Source of the DNA: Bacillota bacterium
GTDB taxonomy: Bacteria; Bacillota; Limnochordia; Darwinibacteriales; DTU012
Direction: 5' to 3'
NCBI GenBank assembly: GCA_012521805.1
Contig: JAAYLQ010000154.1
Coordinates: 1 to 22,000, forward strand
DNA length: 22,000 nt
The notes under the pieces were generated by a model. The model worked only from the letters and a program-made list of their open reading frames with translations, searched no databases and was not told the DNA's origin. The position numbers and the translations under genes are program-made. Shown piece by piece: positions 8,325 through 15,952 of the stretch (position 1 is its first letter; every line of letters begins with the position of its first letter).

Positions 8325-8795
8325 ATGGTCGCTGTGCAGCGGCATAAAGCTGCCATTACTGCAATTATCATATTTACTACCATTGTCGGGGTGATGCTTC
8401 TGATTCGACCGGAAAGTGACGGTCATGAGGTTGAAACAGCTGATCCAGGTGTCACATTGGAGAATGTTACGTTAGTAGGTAACAACAAAGGGGTCCGCCA
8501 ATGGGAAGTGACCGCAGAATCTCTGCGACAGGATAATGAATTGATTCATTTAAATCGCCTAGACCAAATGGTTGTTTATGAAGCGGAACAGCCTAAGTAT
8601 TATCTTTCGGCTGAACAGGGAGTTTGGTCGCCAAAACAAAACGAACTGCACTTGAGCAATAATGTGGTGGTTGAAGATCAAGCTGGTTTCTACCTTGCTA
8701 CCGACCAGCTGGTCTGGCATGGCACCAGCGAATCGTTTGAGTTTATGGGGAATACATCCGTGACCATACATCAAGGAGGAAAATCTGATGAATAA
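8325..8795 (+). CDS. lptC: LPS export system protein LptC
   Basis: SD gaggtga. A single N-terminal TM (ITAIIIFTTIVGVMLLI) is followed by an LptC-type beta-jellyroll (LENVTLVGNNKGVRQWEVTAESL...LHLSNNVVVEDQAGFYLATDQLVW). Its end overlaps the lptA start by 8 nt (ATGAATAA). Confidence 0.75.
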   Translation: MVAVQRHKAAITAIIIFTTIVGVMLLIRPESDGHEVETADPGVTLENVTLVGNNKGVRQWEVTAESLRQDNELIHLNRLDQMVVYEAEQPKYYLSAEQGVWSPKQNELHLSNNVVVEDQAGFYLATDQLVWHGTSESFEFMGNTSVTIHQGGKSDE

Positions 8796-9363
8796 AGCTG
8801 CTGTTGTTATCATTTTGATTACAATGCTGGCACTGTTCAGTGCTGGTGCTGCTGCGCAGACAAATTCTACCAATATCGATGTAGATATCATTGGAGTGCC
8901 AGAAGGTGTAAAAGCTGGTGGGTTTAATCTCAAGACAGAGACTTTTACCGCGGATGTTTCTCAAATTGAGGGAGCTTATGTGCGCATTACCTACAATGAT
9001 ATCGTTGTGTTCGGTCAGTTCGTAGAATTTCGCCGTAATGACAATTATTTACTAGTAACTGGTAATGTGCGGGTAGAGCAGGCAGACATGCTCTTAACAG
9101 GGGATCAAGTGGAATACTTCACGGAGCTGGAGAAGATGATCGGCTCTGGCAATCTTAAAGTTACTACTGACGATGCTGTTGTGTGGGCAGACCAGATGAT
9201 TTATTTGCGGACTGAGGATAAAGTTGATTTTCTGCATAATGTTACTGTGGAAGTCAGCGATGCCAAGCTTTATGGGGAACACTTTGTCATGCTGAGAGCA
9301 GAGGAAATGATGGAGTTTATCGGTCCATTTAAAGGCGAATTTAGGCGAAATGAGGCAGAATAG
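8788..9363 (+). CDS. lptA: LptA/OstA-family periplasmic LPS transport protein
   Basis: Signal peptide (VVIILITMLALFSAGAAAQ). OstA_N-type repeats are present: LLVTGNVRVEQADMLLTGDQVEY, GSGNLKVTTDDAVVWADQMIY and FLHNVTVEVSDAKLYGEHF. Confidence 0.75.
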   Translation: MNKAAVVIILITMLALFSAGAAAQTNSTNIDVDIIGVPEGVKAGGFNLKTETFTADVSQIEGAYVRITYNDIVVFGQFVEFRRNDNYLLVTGNVRVEQADMLLTGDQVEYFTELEKMIGSGNLKVTTDDAVVWADQMIYLRTEDKVDFLHNVTVEVSDAKLYGEHFVMLRAEEMMEFIGPFKGEFRRNEAE

Positions 9364-9398
9364 ACATTAGCTCCCAGTAATAGCTACTATTACCGCTT

Positions 9399-9454
9399 AA
9401 AACCCTCCTGCGTGGTGTGCTATAATTAAAACACCAGGTGAGGAGGGGTTTTTT
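9399..9454 (+). terminator. Terminator-like hairpin after lptA; its 3' arm contains the SD of the next gene
   Basis: ccctcct (9403-9409) pairs with aggaggg (9441-9447), and tggtgt (9413-9418) pairs with acacca (9431-9436). A flanking A-run lies at 9399-9402 and a T-run at 9449-9454. The T-run abuts the ATG at 9455. Confidence 0.55.
9418..9426 (+). promoter_or_regulatory. Extended -10 promoter element (TGcTATAAT) located in the loop of the 9399-9454 hairpin
   Basis: tgctataat lies at 9418-9426, 29 bp upstream of the ATG at 9455. There is no good -35 (ttaaaa at 9397-9402). The predicted TSS near 9433 would give a ~20-nt leader carrying only the SD arm. Confidence 0.5.
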
Positions 9455-11602
9455 ATGTTCAAGTTTTTTAGGGACGGATTTTATCGTGATTATATAATAC
9501 TAATTTTGGTTACGATCATTGTCGGAGCCGCAGTCTCCTCAGGAGTAGCCTGGGCAGTGGATTCGTATTTTGGCGATACAATCCAGGATGTAATTGGCGA
9601 TAATGGAGAATATGATTTGATCCTCCATGTTCGCGAAGCTTCAAAAGAAGCTGCACTCCGTGAATTAGAACGAATTGCAGACCAGCAGTTTAAAGGTGCA
9701 GTTATCAATCAGACGATTTCAGTTGCAGGTCAAGCGAATTTTCTGTTTGGTTTTCCTCAAGAAGCAAAGACTGAGGACACCTTCTCCCGCCTGCCGTCGA
9801 TCTTTAACGGCGTGCCTGGTTTGAGCAGTTACACTGTAATTGTTGAGCCAAGTGTACTGGTGCGCGGCGTGCATCCTAGTGTTTCCCAAACACTGCAGCA
9901 GCGCTTCAGTCAGCTTGATGGTGTCGATTTTGCGTTTAAAGATGGAAAGAATATGCTTGTTGTTTTAGAGTCTGCAGAGCATTCCAAAGCAGTAATGAAT
10001 GAAATAAGAGAGATTCTTAAGGAATATCAAGTTTTAGAAGTGCGTTTTCCCATTGGCTTTGAAGTAGATGTGCAGAAAACTGCCCATGCGGTTATGGAGG
10101 TACTGAAAGAGCAAGCCAAGTCAGCAAAACTGTCCAATGTATCTTCAGCGGAGTATGGAGAAGAATTGGATGCTTTGATGAAGACCTTGGTAGAAATGCG
10201 CCATTTTCTATTGAGCTATGCATCAAAGGTAAAGATTACCCTTAATCATAATTCCAATTTGGTGGTAGGAGAACAGATCATTGTTCAAGGTATGAGTGAG
10301 CAGGCACCGATTAAAGGTGAGTCAATTGCTCCAGATCATGTAGTGATCGAAGTTCTCGATGTCCAGGGAAACCAAGCCCAAGGCATGATTGTTTCTGGTT
10401 CCATTGCTGAAGCTGGAGAAGTGTTAGTTCAAGCAGGCTATAAATATCACAGCGATGACCTAGTGGGTGAGCCGGTTGGTGAAGTTCAGTTGGAAAACGA
10501 GCGCTATCGTTTAAACTATGCTATTAGCGAAAGTCTGCGTCTGCTGGAAGAGCTTGATGAGCTGTCAGTTGAAGCGGCAGTAGCAGTTGAGCGTGCAGAC
10601 GCTGTGTTGACTACTTTTCAAGAAGCGTTAATGCAGCTAGAAGTACTGCAGGTACAGATGCGGCAGTTGAATGAAGGTTTAGCAGAGAATGGAGCTCAGT
10701 CCACCAGTGAGCAGCTGATTATCTCGCTATTTTTAAACGGATTGCTGAAAAATATTGCGAAAAGCGGTTCAGAGGGAGCAGCTGAATATGGTTTGGACAG
10801 CTTAGAAAATCTAGACGTAGCTTCGATGCGCTCCAGCTTAGGCAGTATTTCAGAACAGATCAGCAACGTTCAGGAAATTGATGTTCAAGCAATCATCAAC
10901 CAAATTGTTGATATTCGTGACAGTCTTCCAGAGCTTGATGATGAAGAGATCGGTAAGTCAGTGCGATTGGTCGACAATTATATCGGTGGGCAGGTAATTC
11001 CAGGGGAAAGAATTCAGATATTAGTAGAAAACGCTACCATTGATGAGGAAAAAGTTGAGCCGCTGATTCGGGAGCAGTTAGATAACCAGTACCTCAACAC
11101 CTATACTATTTCTGTCGGTACAGTTAATCCTGATACACGCACAGAAGTGTTCCGCATCCTCAAAGAAGTGCGTGCTACAATAGCTGGTATTCTATCGATC
11201 GTTTTTGTCGGTGTGTTCCTCATGCTGGATCATGCTTCAATCTTTAGTACCCTGAAATGGATTAGAGCTAACAAGAAGGCTTCCAAAAACCGATTAGTTC
11301 GTTACTTTAATCCAGTCATGATTTTGGGAGTGATCGTGGGAACCGCGCTGCTGACCGCGACTTACACTTTAAGCAGGGCAGCAATTCCTTATGTTTCCAT
11401 GAGTACAGTCTTGATTATTGGGGCTGTCTTAGGCGGCCTAATCGGGATGTTTTCTGAGAAGTTCAGTCCAGTTCATGCAGATGAAATTATGGCCGGCCTT
11501 TCCTTAGGCTTAAGCAACGTGCAGATTATGCATGAGATTGTAATTCCAGCAAGCAGGCCAGGATTGTTGAACTTACTGAACCGTACAAAGCAAAGGTTTT
11601 AA
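9455..11602 (+). CDS. Atypical ABC-transporter membrane subunit: 1 TM, ~540-aa extracytoplasmic domain, 3 TM, and a C-terminal EAA-like coupling motif (function unknown)
   Basis: Strong SD gaggagggg. N-terminal TM YIILILVTIIVGAAVSSGVAWAV follows a basic cytoplasmic head. Residues ~36-575 are soluble, with alpha/beta modules and a heptad-rich stretch at nt ~10490-10715. C-terminal TMs are IAGILSIVFVGVFLML, VMILGVIVGTALLTATYTL and TVLIIGAVLGGLIGMF, with a K/R-rich loop between the first two. The tail ADEIMAGLSLGLSNVQIMHEIVIPASRPGLL (nt ~11477-11569) resembles the EAA-G-I-LP loop of type I ABC importer permeases, but the protein ends 10 aa later. Confidence 0.65.
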   Translation: MFKFFRDGFYRDYIILILVTIIVGAAVSSGVAWAVDSYFGDTIQDVIGDNGEYDLILHVREASKEAALRELERIADQQFKGAVINQTISVAGQANFLFGFPQEAKTEDTFSRLPSIFNGVPGLSSYTVIVEPSVLVRGVHPSVSQTLQQRFSQLDGVDFAFKDGKNMLVVLESAEHSKAVMNEIREILKEYQVLEVRFPIGFEVDVQKTAHAVMEVLKEQAKSAKLSNVSSAEYGEELDALMKTLVEMRHFLLSYASKVKITLNHNSNLVVGEQIIVQGMSEQAPIKGESIAPDHVVIEVLDVQGNQAQGMIVSGSIAEAGEVLVQAGYKYHSDDLVGEPVGEVQLENERYRLNYAISESLRLLEELDELSVEAAVAVERADAVLTTFQEALMQLEVLQVQMRQLNEGLAENGAQSTSEQLIISLFLNGLLKNIAKSGSEGAAEYGLDSLENLDVASMRSSLGSISEQISNVQEIDVQAIINQIVDIRDSLPELDDEEIGKSVRLVDNYIGGQVIPGERIQILVENATIDEEKVEPLIREQLDNQYLNTYTISVGTVNPDTRTEVFRILKEVRATIAGILSIVFVGVFLMLDHASIFSTLKWIRANKKASKNRLVRYFNPVMILGVIVGTALLTATYTLSRAAIPYVSMSTVLIIGAVLGGLIGMFSEKFSPVHADEIMAGLSLGLSNVQIMHEIVIPASRPGLLNLLNRTKQRF

Positions 11603-11614
11603 GGAGGGATCCAG

Positions 11615-12343
11615 ATGCTGAAAATTAAAGGTTTGAAAAAGCAGTACGGCAAACAGATTGCTATTGATGGTGTAGATTTGGAAGTGAAACGCGGTGAAAC
11701 GATAGTGATTATGGGTCCCAGCGGCTGCGGTAAATCGACAACAATCCGCTGTATCAATCGCTTAACTGAACCAGATGCGGGTGAAATTTTACTTGATGGC
11801 CAATCGGTTTTAAGTCTTAAAGATGAGGAACTGCGCAGATTTCGGAGAACAATTGGATTTGTGTTTCAGCAGTTTAATCTTATTGCTAGATTGACTGTGT
11901 TAGATAATGTCATGTTTCATCTCGTTTTGGCAGGTATCCCGCGGGCGGAGGCAGAAGCTAGAGCTAAGCAGGCATTGGCGAAGGTTGGTTTGACTGGTTC
12001 TGAGAAAAAGTATCCTTCTGCTCTCAGCGGTGGTGAACAGCAGAGGGTGGGTATTGCCCGAGCCCTTGTTTCCAATCCGCAGCTGATGCTTTGGGATGAG
12101 CCTACTGCCTCGCTGGATCCAATTCTAGTTGGTGAAGTGTTAGAAGTGATGGAGGAATTGGTGCAGACAACCAAGACAACATCGATTATTGTAACGCATG
12201 AAGTTGGTTTTGCGCTGAAAGCTGCGGATCGAATTGTCCTGATGGATCGGGGCAGAATCGTAGAATCTGGAGCGCCCCAGGTTATTTTTAACGATCCTCA
12301 GTCTGAAATCGGCAAGAAATACCAGCGGCTGATTGCCTGCTGA
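11615..12343 (+). CDS. ABC transporter ATP-binding protein, GlnQ/HisP (polar amino acid)-like NBD
   Basis: SD aggaggg. Walker A GPSGCGKST followed by IRCINRL, Q-loop FQQFNL, signature LSGGEQQRVGIARAL, Walker B MLWDEPTASLDP, and H-loop IIVTHEVGFA. It starts 12 nt after the preceding membrane protein. Confidence 0.9.
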   Translation: MLKIKGLKKQYGKQIAIDGVDLEVKRGETIVIMGPSGCGKSTTIRCINRLTEPDAGEILLDGQSVLSLKDEELRRFRRTIGFVFQQFNLIARLTVLDNVMFHLVLAGIPRAEAEARAKQALAKVGLTGSEKKYPSALSGGEQQRVGIARALVSNPQLMLWDEPTASLDPILVGEVLEVMEELVQTTKTTSIIVTHEVGFALKAADRIVLMDRGRIVESGAPQVIFNDPQSEIGKKYQRLIAC

Positions 12344-12385
12344 GTTTTGGCAGGAGAAAAGCTTTTAGTGCCGAAATAGTAAAAC

Positions 12386-12410
12386 AAGCCGAGGAAATCT
12401 CGGCTTATTT
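12386..12410 (+). terminator. Probable weak rho-independent terminator after the ABC pair
   Basis: Stem aagccgag (12386-12393), loop gaaat, stem ctcggctt (12399-12406). The T-tract is poor (attt), so read-through into fabZ is plausible. Confidence 0.5.
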
Positions 12411-12444
12411 GCTAAATATTGTTTAATGAGAAGGTGGATCCTCG

Positions 12445-12903
12445 GTGAATATTGATCAAATATTGAAGCAGCTGCCGCATCGTTATCCCTTTTTGATGGT
12501 GGATAAGGTGCTGGAGTTAGAAAGGGGAAAGAGGATAGTGGCGGTTAAAAATATAACTATTAACGAGCCCTTTTTTCAAGGTCACTATCCCCATTTTCCA
12601 GTGATGCCTGGCGTAATGATTATTGAGGCTATGGCCCAGGCAGGGGGATTAGCTGTAGCAGCGGATGCTGATGATGGGAATGATGCTGCGGTTCCGCTGC
12701 TGGCTGCTGTCAATAAGGCGAAATTCAGAAAAATGGTTAGACCCGGAGATCAATTGATAATCGAGGTTGATATTTTAAGGGCCAGCAGCCGCCTTGTCAA
12801 AGCAGCTGCTCAAGCTCGGGTCGACGATGAACTGGCAGCAGAAAGCGAATTGACCTTTGTGCTTACAAAGAGAGGAGCCAATGATAGCAATGGCGCAGAA
12901 TAG
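12445..12903 (+). CDS. fabZ: 3-hydroxyacyl-ACP dehydratase FabZ
   Basis: SD gaaggtgga and a GTG start. Canonical motifs LPHRYPFLMVDKV, NEPFFQGHYPHFPVMPGVMIIEAMAQ and KAKFRKMVRPGDQL are present. Confidence 0.92.
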   Translation: MNIDQILKQLPHRYPFLMVDKVLELERGKRIVAVKNITINEPFFQGHYPHFPVMPGVMIIEAMAQAGGLAVAADADDGNDAAVPLLAAVNKAKFRKMVRPGDQLIIEVDILRASSRLVKAAAQARVDDELAAESELTFVLTKRGANDSNGAE

Positions 12904-14029
12904 AATAATGATCATTGGCGGTGACAACTCTAGTGATCTTTACGGAGCTAGTTTAGCACAGGCTCTTAAGGAGATTATACCGGATCTTGCCCTGCTCGGT
13001 GTTGGTGGAGCACTGATGCAGGATAGTGGAGTTGAGCTGATTTATAATATATCTGAACTAGAGAACTTGGGAGGTTTTGAAGCGCTGCGGGCTTCTCATG
13101 TTGTTAAGCGCCTGATTCAGCGCATCTCAGAGTCAATGGATCAATTTCAGCCAGGGCTGATTGTGCAGATTGGCCTGCCTGTATTCAGCTTGAAATTGAT
13201 TGAACTGGCCAAAACCAAGGAGATTCCTGTAGCGTATTACAATTCGCCTCTAAACTGGGGTACTGAAGAGGTAAAAATCTCACGTTTGGCGGAAGCAGTG
13301 GATCTGGTGATTGGCGTATCGCGTTATGAGACCGAGCTGTGTCAAAACTATGGTATTGCAGTGGAGTTCGCCGGTCATCCGTTGGTTGATATAGCTGATG
13401 CTAAGCCAGGGCGAAAAACTGCTCAGGAGCTGAACCTGACGCCTGGTAAACCAATCTTGGCACTTATACCCGGCCTGCGAGAAACAGAGGTAAACGTATA
13501 TCTTCCCACATTATTTAAAGCTGTTAACCGAATTAATATGGAAGGACGCTCGATTCAAACAGTAGTAACAGTTCCTCAATCTGTTAGTCAAGAGTGCTGT
13601 AATAAACTAATCGAGAAGTGGGATGTCGATACTGTAACCTTTACCGATGATGTGCACTCCGTTCTCAGCTGCGCTGATGCGGCTGTTGTGACTAGTGGTT
13701 CAGCAAGCATAATGGCAGCACTATCTCAAGTTCCGGCGGTAGCGATACATAAGGTAACTGCTGCGACTTATCTTTTTAATAAAATGCTGCTGCGGAAACC
13801 TCCTTTTGCAATGATTAATTTTTTAATGCAGGACTATGTAATTCCTGAGTTAGTGCAGAATGATTTTACAGAAGCAAAAGTCGCTGAGGCAGTAATTACT
13901 CTTCTGGAGGACCAAAATAGTAGATTAGAGTATCTGGAGAAACTACAGCGTCTGCCTGAGGAATTTGGTACCAGTGGGGCTGTGGAGCGAGCTGCTCGAA
14001 TCATTGCAAAAATGTTAAAGACAGGTTAG
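12881..14029 (+). CDS. lpxB: Lipid-A-disaccharide synthase LpxB
   Basis: I prefer the ATG at 12881 (SD agaggag at 12871-12877) over the listed TTG at 12857; the ATG at 12890 is also possible. It overlaps the fabZ 3' end by 23 nt. LpxB-type N-terminus [23 protein letters not shown]...LLGVGGALM, plus GT-B features ([19 protein letters not shown]). Confidence 0.85.
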   Translation: MIAMAQNRIMIIGGDNSSDLYGASLAQALKEIIPDLALLGVGGALMQDSGVELIYNISELENLGGFEALRASHVVKRLIQRISESMDQFQPGLIVQIGLPVFSLKLIELAKTKEIPVAYYNSPLNWGTEEVKISRLAEAVDLVIGVSRYETELCQNYGIAVEFAGHPLVDIADAKPGRKTAQELNLTPGKPILALIPGLRETEVNVYLPTLFKAVNRINMEGRSIQTVVTVPQSVSQECCNKLIEKWDVDTVTFTDDVHSVLSCADAAVVTSGSASIMAALSQVPAVAIHKVTAATYLFNKMLLRKPPFAMINFLMQDYVIPELVQNDFTEAKVAEAVITLLEDQNSRLEYLEKLQRLPEEFGTSGAVERAARIIAKMLKTG

Positions 14030-14046
14030 AAGGAGCGGTCAGACCC

Positions 14047-14766
14047 GTGAGTATTGTAGCCACTGACCTAGTAAAGCGCTATGGAAAGCGAACAGTTGTA
14101 AATGAAGTAAGTATAGAAGTAAATCGTGGCGAGATCGTTGGTTTATTAGGCTCTAATGGAGCAGGAAAAACGACTACCTTTGCAATGATTGTAGGATTGG
14201 AACGGGCTGAATCTGGAAAGATTGTTCTAGACAGCAATGATATAACTCGAATGCCTATGTTTCGCCGCGGACAATTAGGAATCGCGTATCTGCCGCAGGA
14301 ACCATCAGTTTTTAGGAAATTAAGTGTGGCCGAAAATATTTTGGCCGTGCTGAAGTTATATAGATTAAGTCATGATGAGTGCAGTCGGAGACTGGAGAGT
14401 CTGCTGAAGGAATTTCGCTTAGAGCACGTTCGAGATCAGAAAGGTTATCAGATTTCTGGGGGCGAGCGCAGACGAACTGAAATTGCCCGGGCTTTAGCTG
14501 GAAATCCTTCTTTTTTACTGCTGGATGAGCCATTTGCTGGGGTAGACCCTATTGCAGTCAGCGAGATTCAGCAGATAATAGCCTCTCTAAAAGCAAAGAA
14601 TCTCGGCATTTTGATCACCGACCACAATGTGCGAGAAACTCTGCGGATTACTGATCGGGCTTACATTATGCACAACGGCAAGATCCTTGTATCAGGGGGA
14701 GCTTCCGATGTAGCAGAAGATAAATTGGCTAGACAGTACTACCTAGGGAGCGGATTTCAGCTATAG
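14047..14766 (+). CDS. lptB: LPS export ABC transporter ATP-binding protein LptB
   Basis: GTG start with SD aaggag. Walker [10 protein letters not shown], LptB-typical [17 protein letters not shown], signature [15 protein letters not shown], Walker [13 protein letters not shown], and H-loop [10 protein letters not shown]. Confidence 0.92.
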   Translation: MSIVATDLVKRYGKRTVVNEVSIEVNRGEIVGLLGSNGAGKTTTFAMIVGLERAESGKIVLDSNDITRMPMFRRGQLGIAYLPQEPSVFRKLSVAENILAVLKLYRLSHDECSRRLESLLKEFRLEHVRDQKGYQISGGERRRTEIARALAGNPSFLLLDEPFAGVDPIAVSEIQQIIASLKAKNLGILITDHNVRETLRITDRAYIMHNGKILVSGGASDVAEDKLARQYYLGSGFQL

Positions 14767-14809
14767 GATGGTCAGTGGTGTGGAGGGATTTGAAAGGGGT
14801 GAGCTGCAG

Positions 14810-15910
14810 ATGTATGGTTTTACTTTAATTTTTATACTCGCTTTTATAGGCGGTGTAATTGCCTATATTGGCGATAAAATTGGTATGAAAGTAGGTCGTA
14901 AGCGGCTCACTTTATTTGGACTGCGCCCAAAATATACTGGTATTATTATCACTATTTTTACCGGAATTTTTATTTCTGTTGCCTCCATTGTAATTTTAAC
15001 TATTGCGTCAGATGATGTGCGGACAGCACTATTTGAGATGAAAGAGATTCAAGAAACTCTGGCTGCTAATCAGCAGCAGCTGGATCAAAGTATTCAGGCT
15101 ATGAGTCAAATGGAGGCAGACTTACAGACATTAATTATTCAGCGTGATGCGGCAGCGGCGGATTTGGCCGAAGCACAGGAGCTTTATGCGGAGTTAGAGC
15201 AGATGCGTGCTCAGCTCCAGTTAGAGTATGATCAGCTTTTAGCTGAGTACGAGGAGCTGTCGTTAGACTACAGTGAGCTCTACATGTTTGCCAATTGGAT
15301 CCGCCTCGGCAACGTTGCTTTCCGGGCTGAACAGATCATTTATGCTCAAGTTGTGGAAGCAAGCGATAATTTAGAGGAAAATTACAGCCGGCTGTATGAT
15401 GTATTAAAAACAGCTGATCGAATTGCTTATCAATCTGGAGCAAGGGTTGACAGCGATTCTGAATCAGCAATCATCATACCCCAGGATGCAGTGGATTTTG
15501 CAGCCCTCTATATTCAGCAGGAACAGGGATTGTTTGTTGTGCGGGTCCTTTCAGAAACAAACACTGTGGTAGGCCAACCGGTCAAAGCCTATTTAGGGAT
15601 AATCAAAAATGAGCTTATATTTCCGAAAGACACAGTGCTGGAGGAAACAGTAGTCGATCTGGACGCTGAGCCAGACGTGGATAAGGAAATTTTGGAACTG
15701 TTAAACAGGGCAAATGCTGTGGCTGTTCGCGAGGGCATGATTACCTCAATCGGTGGTGGTGCTGTAGAAGTGGACGGCAATGAGTTTATGAATGCTATTG
15801 CCCAAGCGGAAGCCAGTTCAGGTAAGATCAAAATTCAAGCAAAAGCTTTAGAAGATACTTTTGCTGCAGCTGGTCCTGTGAAAATTAAACTGGATATAAT
15901 CCAAGATTAA
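14810..15910 (+). CDS. DUF3084-like membrane protein: 2 TM, coiled coil, and a C-terminal globular domain
   Basis: I prefer the ATG at 14810 (SD aaggggtgag upstream) over the listed ATG at 14768. The N-terminus LIFILAFIGGVIAYIGDKIGMKVGRKRLTLFGLRPKYTGIIITIFTGIF matches my recollection of the DUF3084 signature (GDxxGxKxGKKRLxLFxLRPxxT). A Q/E/L-rich coiled coil (res ~85-165) and a ~200-aa mixed domain follow. Confidence 0.6.
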   Translation: MYGFTLIFILAFIGGVIAYIGDKIGMKVGRKRLTLFGLRPKYTGIIITIFTGIFISVASIVILTIASDDVRTALFEMKEIQETLAANQQQLDQSIQAMSQMEADLQTLIIQRDAAAADLAEAQELYAELEQMRAQLQLEYDQLLAEYEELSLDYSELYMFANWIRLGNVAFRAEQIIYAQVVEASDNLEENYSRLYDVLKTADRIAYQSGARVDSDSESAIIIPQDAVDFAALYIQQEQGLFVVRVLSETNTVVGQPVKAYLGIIKNELIFPKDTVLEETVVDLDAEPDVDKEILELLNRANAVAVREGMITSIGGGAVEVDGNEFMNAIAQAEASSGKIKIQAKALEDTFAAAGPVKIKLDIIQD

Positions 15911-15937
15911 AATAATAAAGTCTTTATAAAACAATAA

Positions 15938-15946
15938 TGCTATAAT
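15938..15946 (+). promoter_or_regulatory. Extended -10 element (TGcTATAAT) 28 bp after the DUF3084-like gene stop
   Basis: tgctataat lies at 15938-15946. The same 9-mer occurs at 9418-9426. There is no convincing -35. Confidence 0.35.
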
Positions 15947-15952
15947 ATTTTT

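Noticed and set aside
8559-8964. Minus-strand ORFs of 124 aa and 73 aa, antisense to lptC and lptA
   Set aside because: They lie entirely inside well-supported + strand genes, have no SD, and their composition looks like junk. They are typical shadow ORFs.
9455-11602. Reading the 715-aa protein as a GlnP-type permease with fused tandem substrate-binding domains
   Set aside because: The overall length and the GlnQ-like partner fit. However, I cannot recognise class-II SBP motifs in the ectodomain, which also contains a long coiled-coil-like stretch. The TMD has only three TMs after the ectodomain and ends right after the EAA-like loop. I have not fully excluded this reading, and it is listed as the main refutation test.
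12640-12720. An acidic AADADDGNDAA stretch in FabZ, considered as a possible insertion
   Set aside because: Aligned by eye to E. coli FabZ, the segment between AMAQ and FRK is the same length (31 residues). It is a compositional difference, not an indel.
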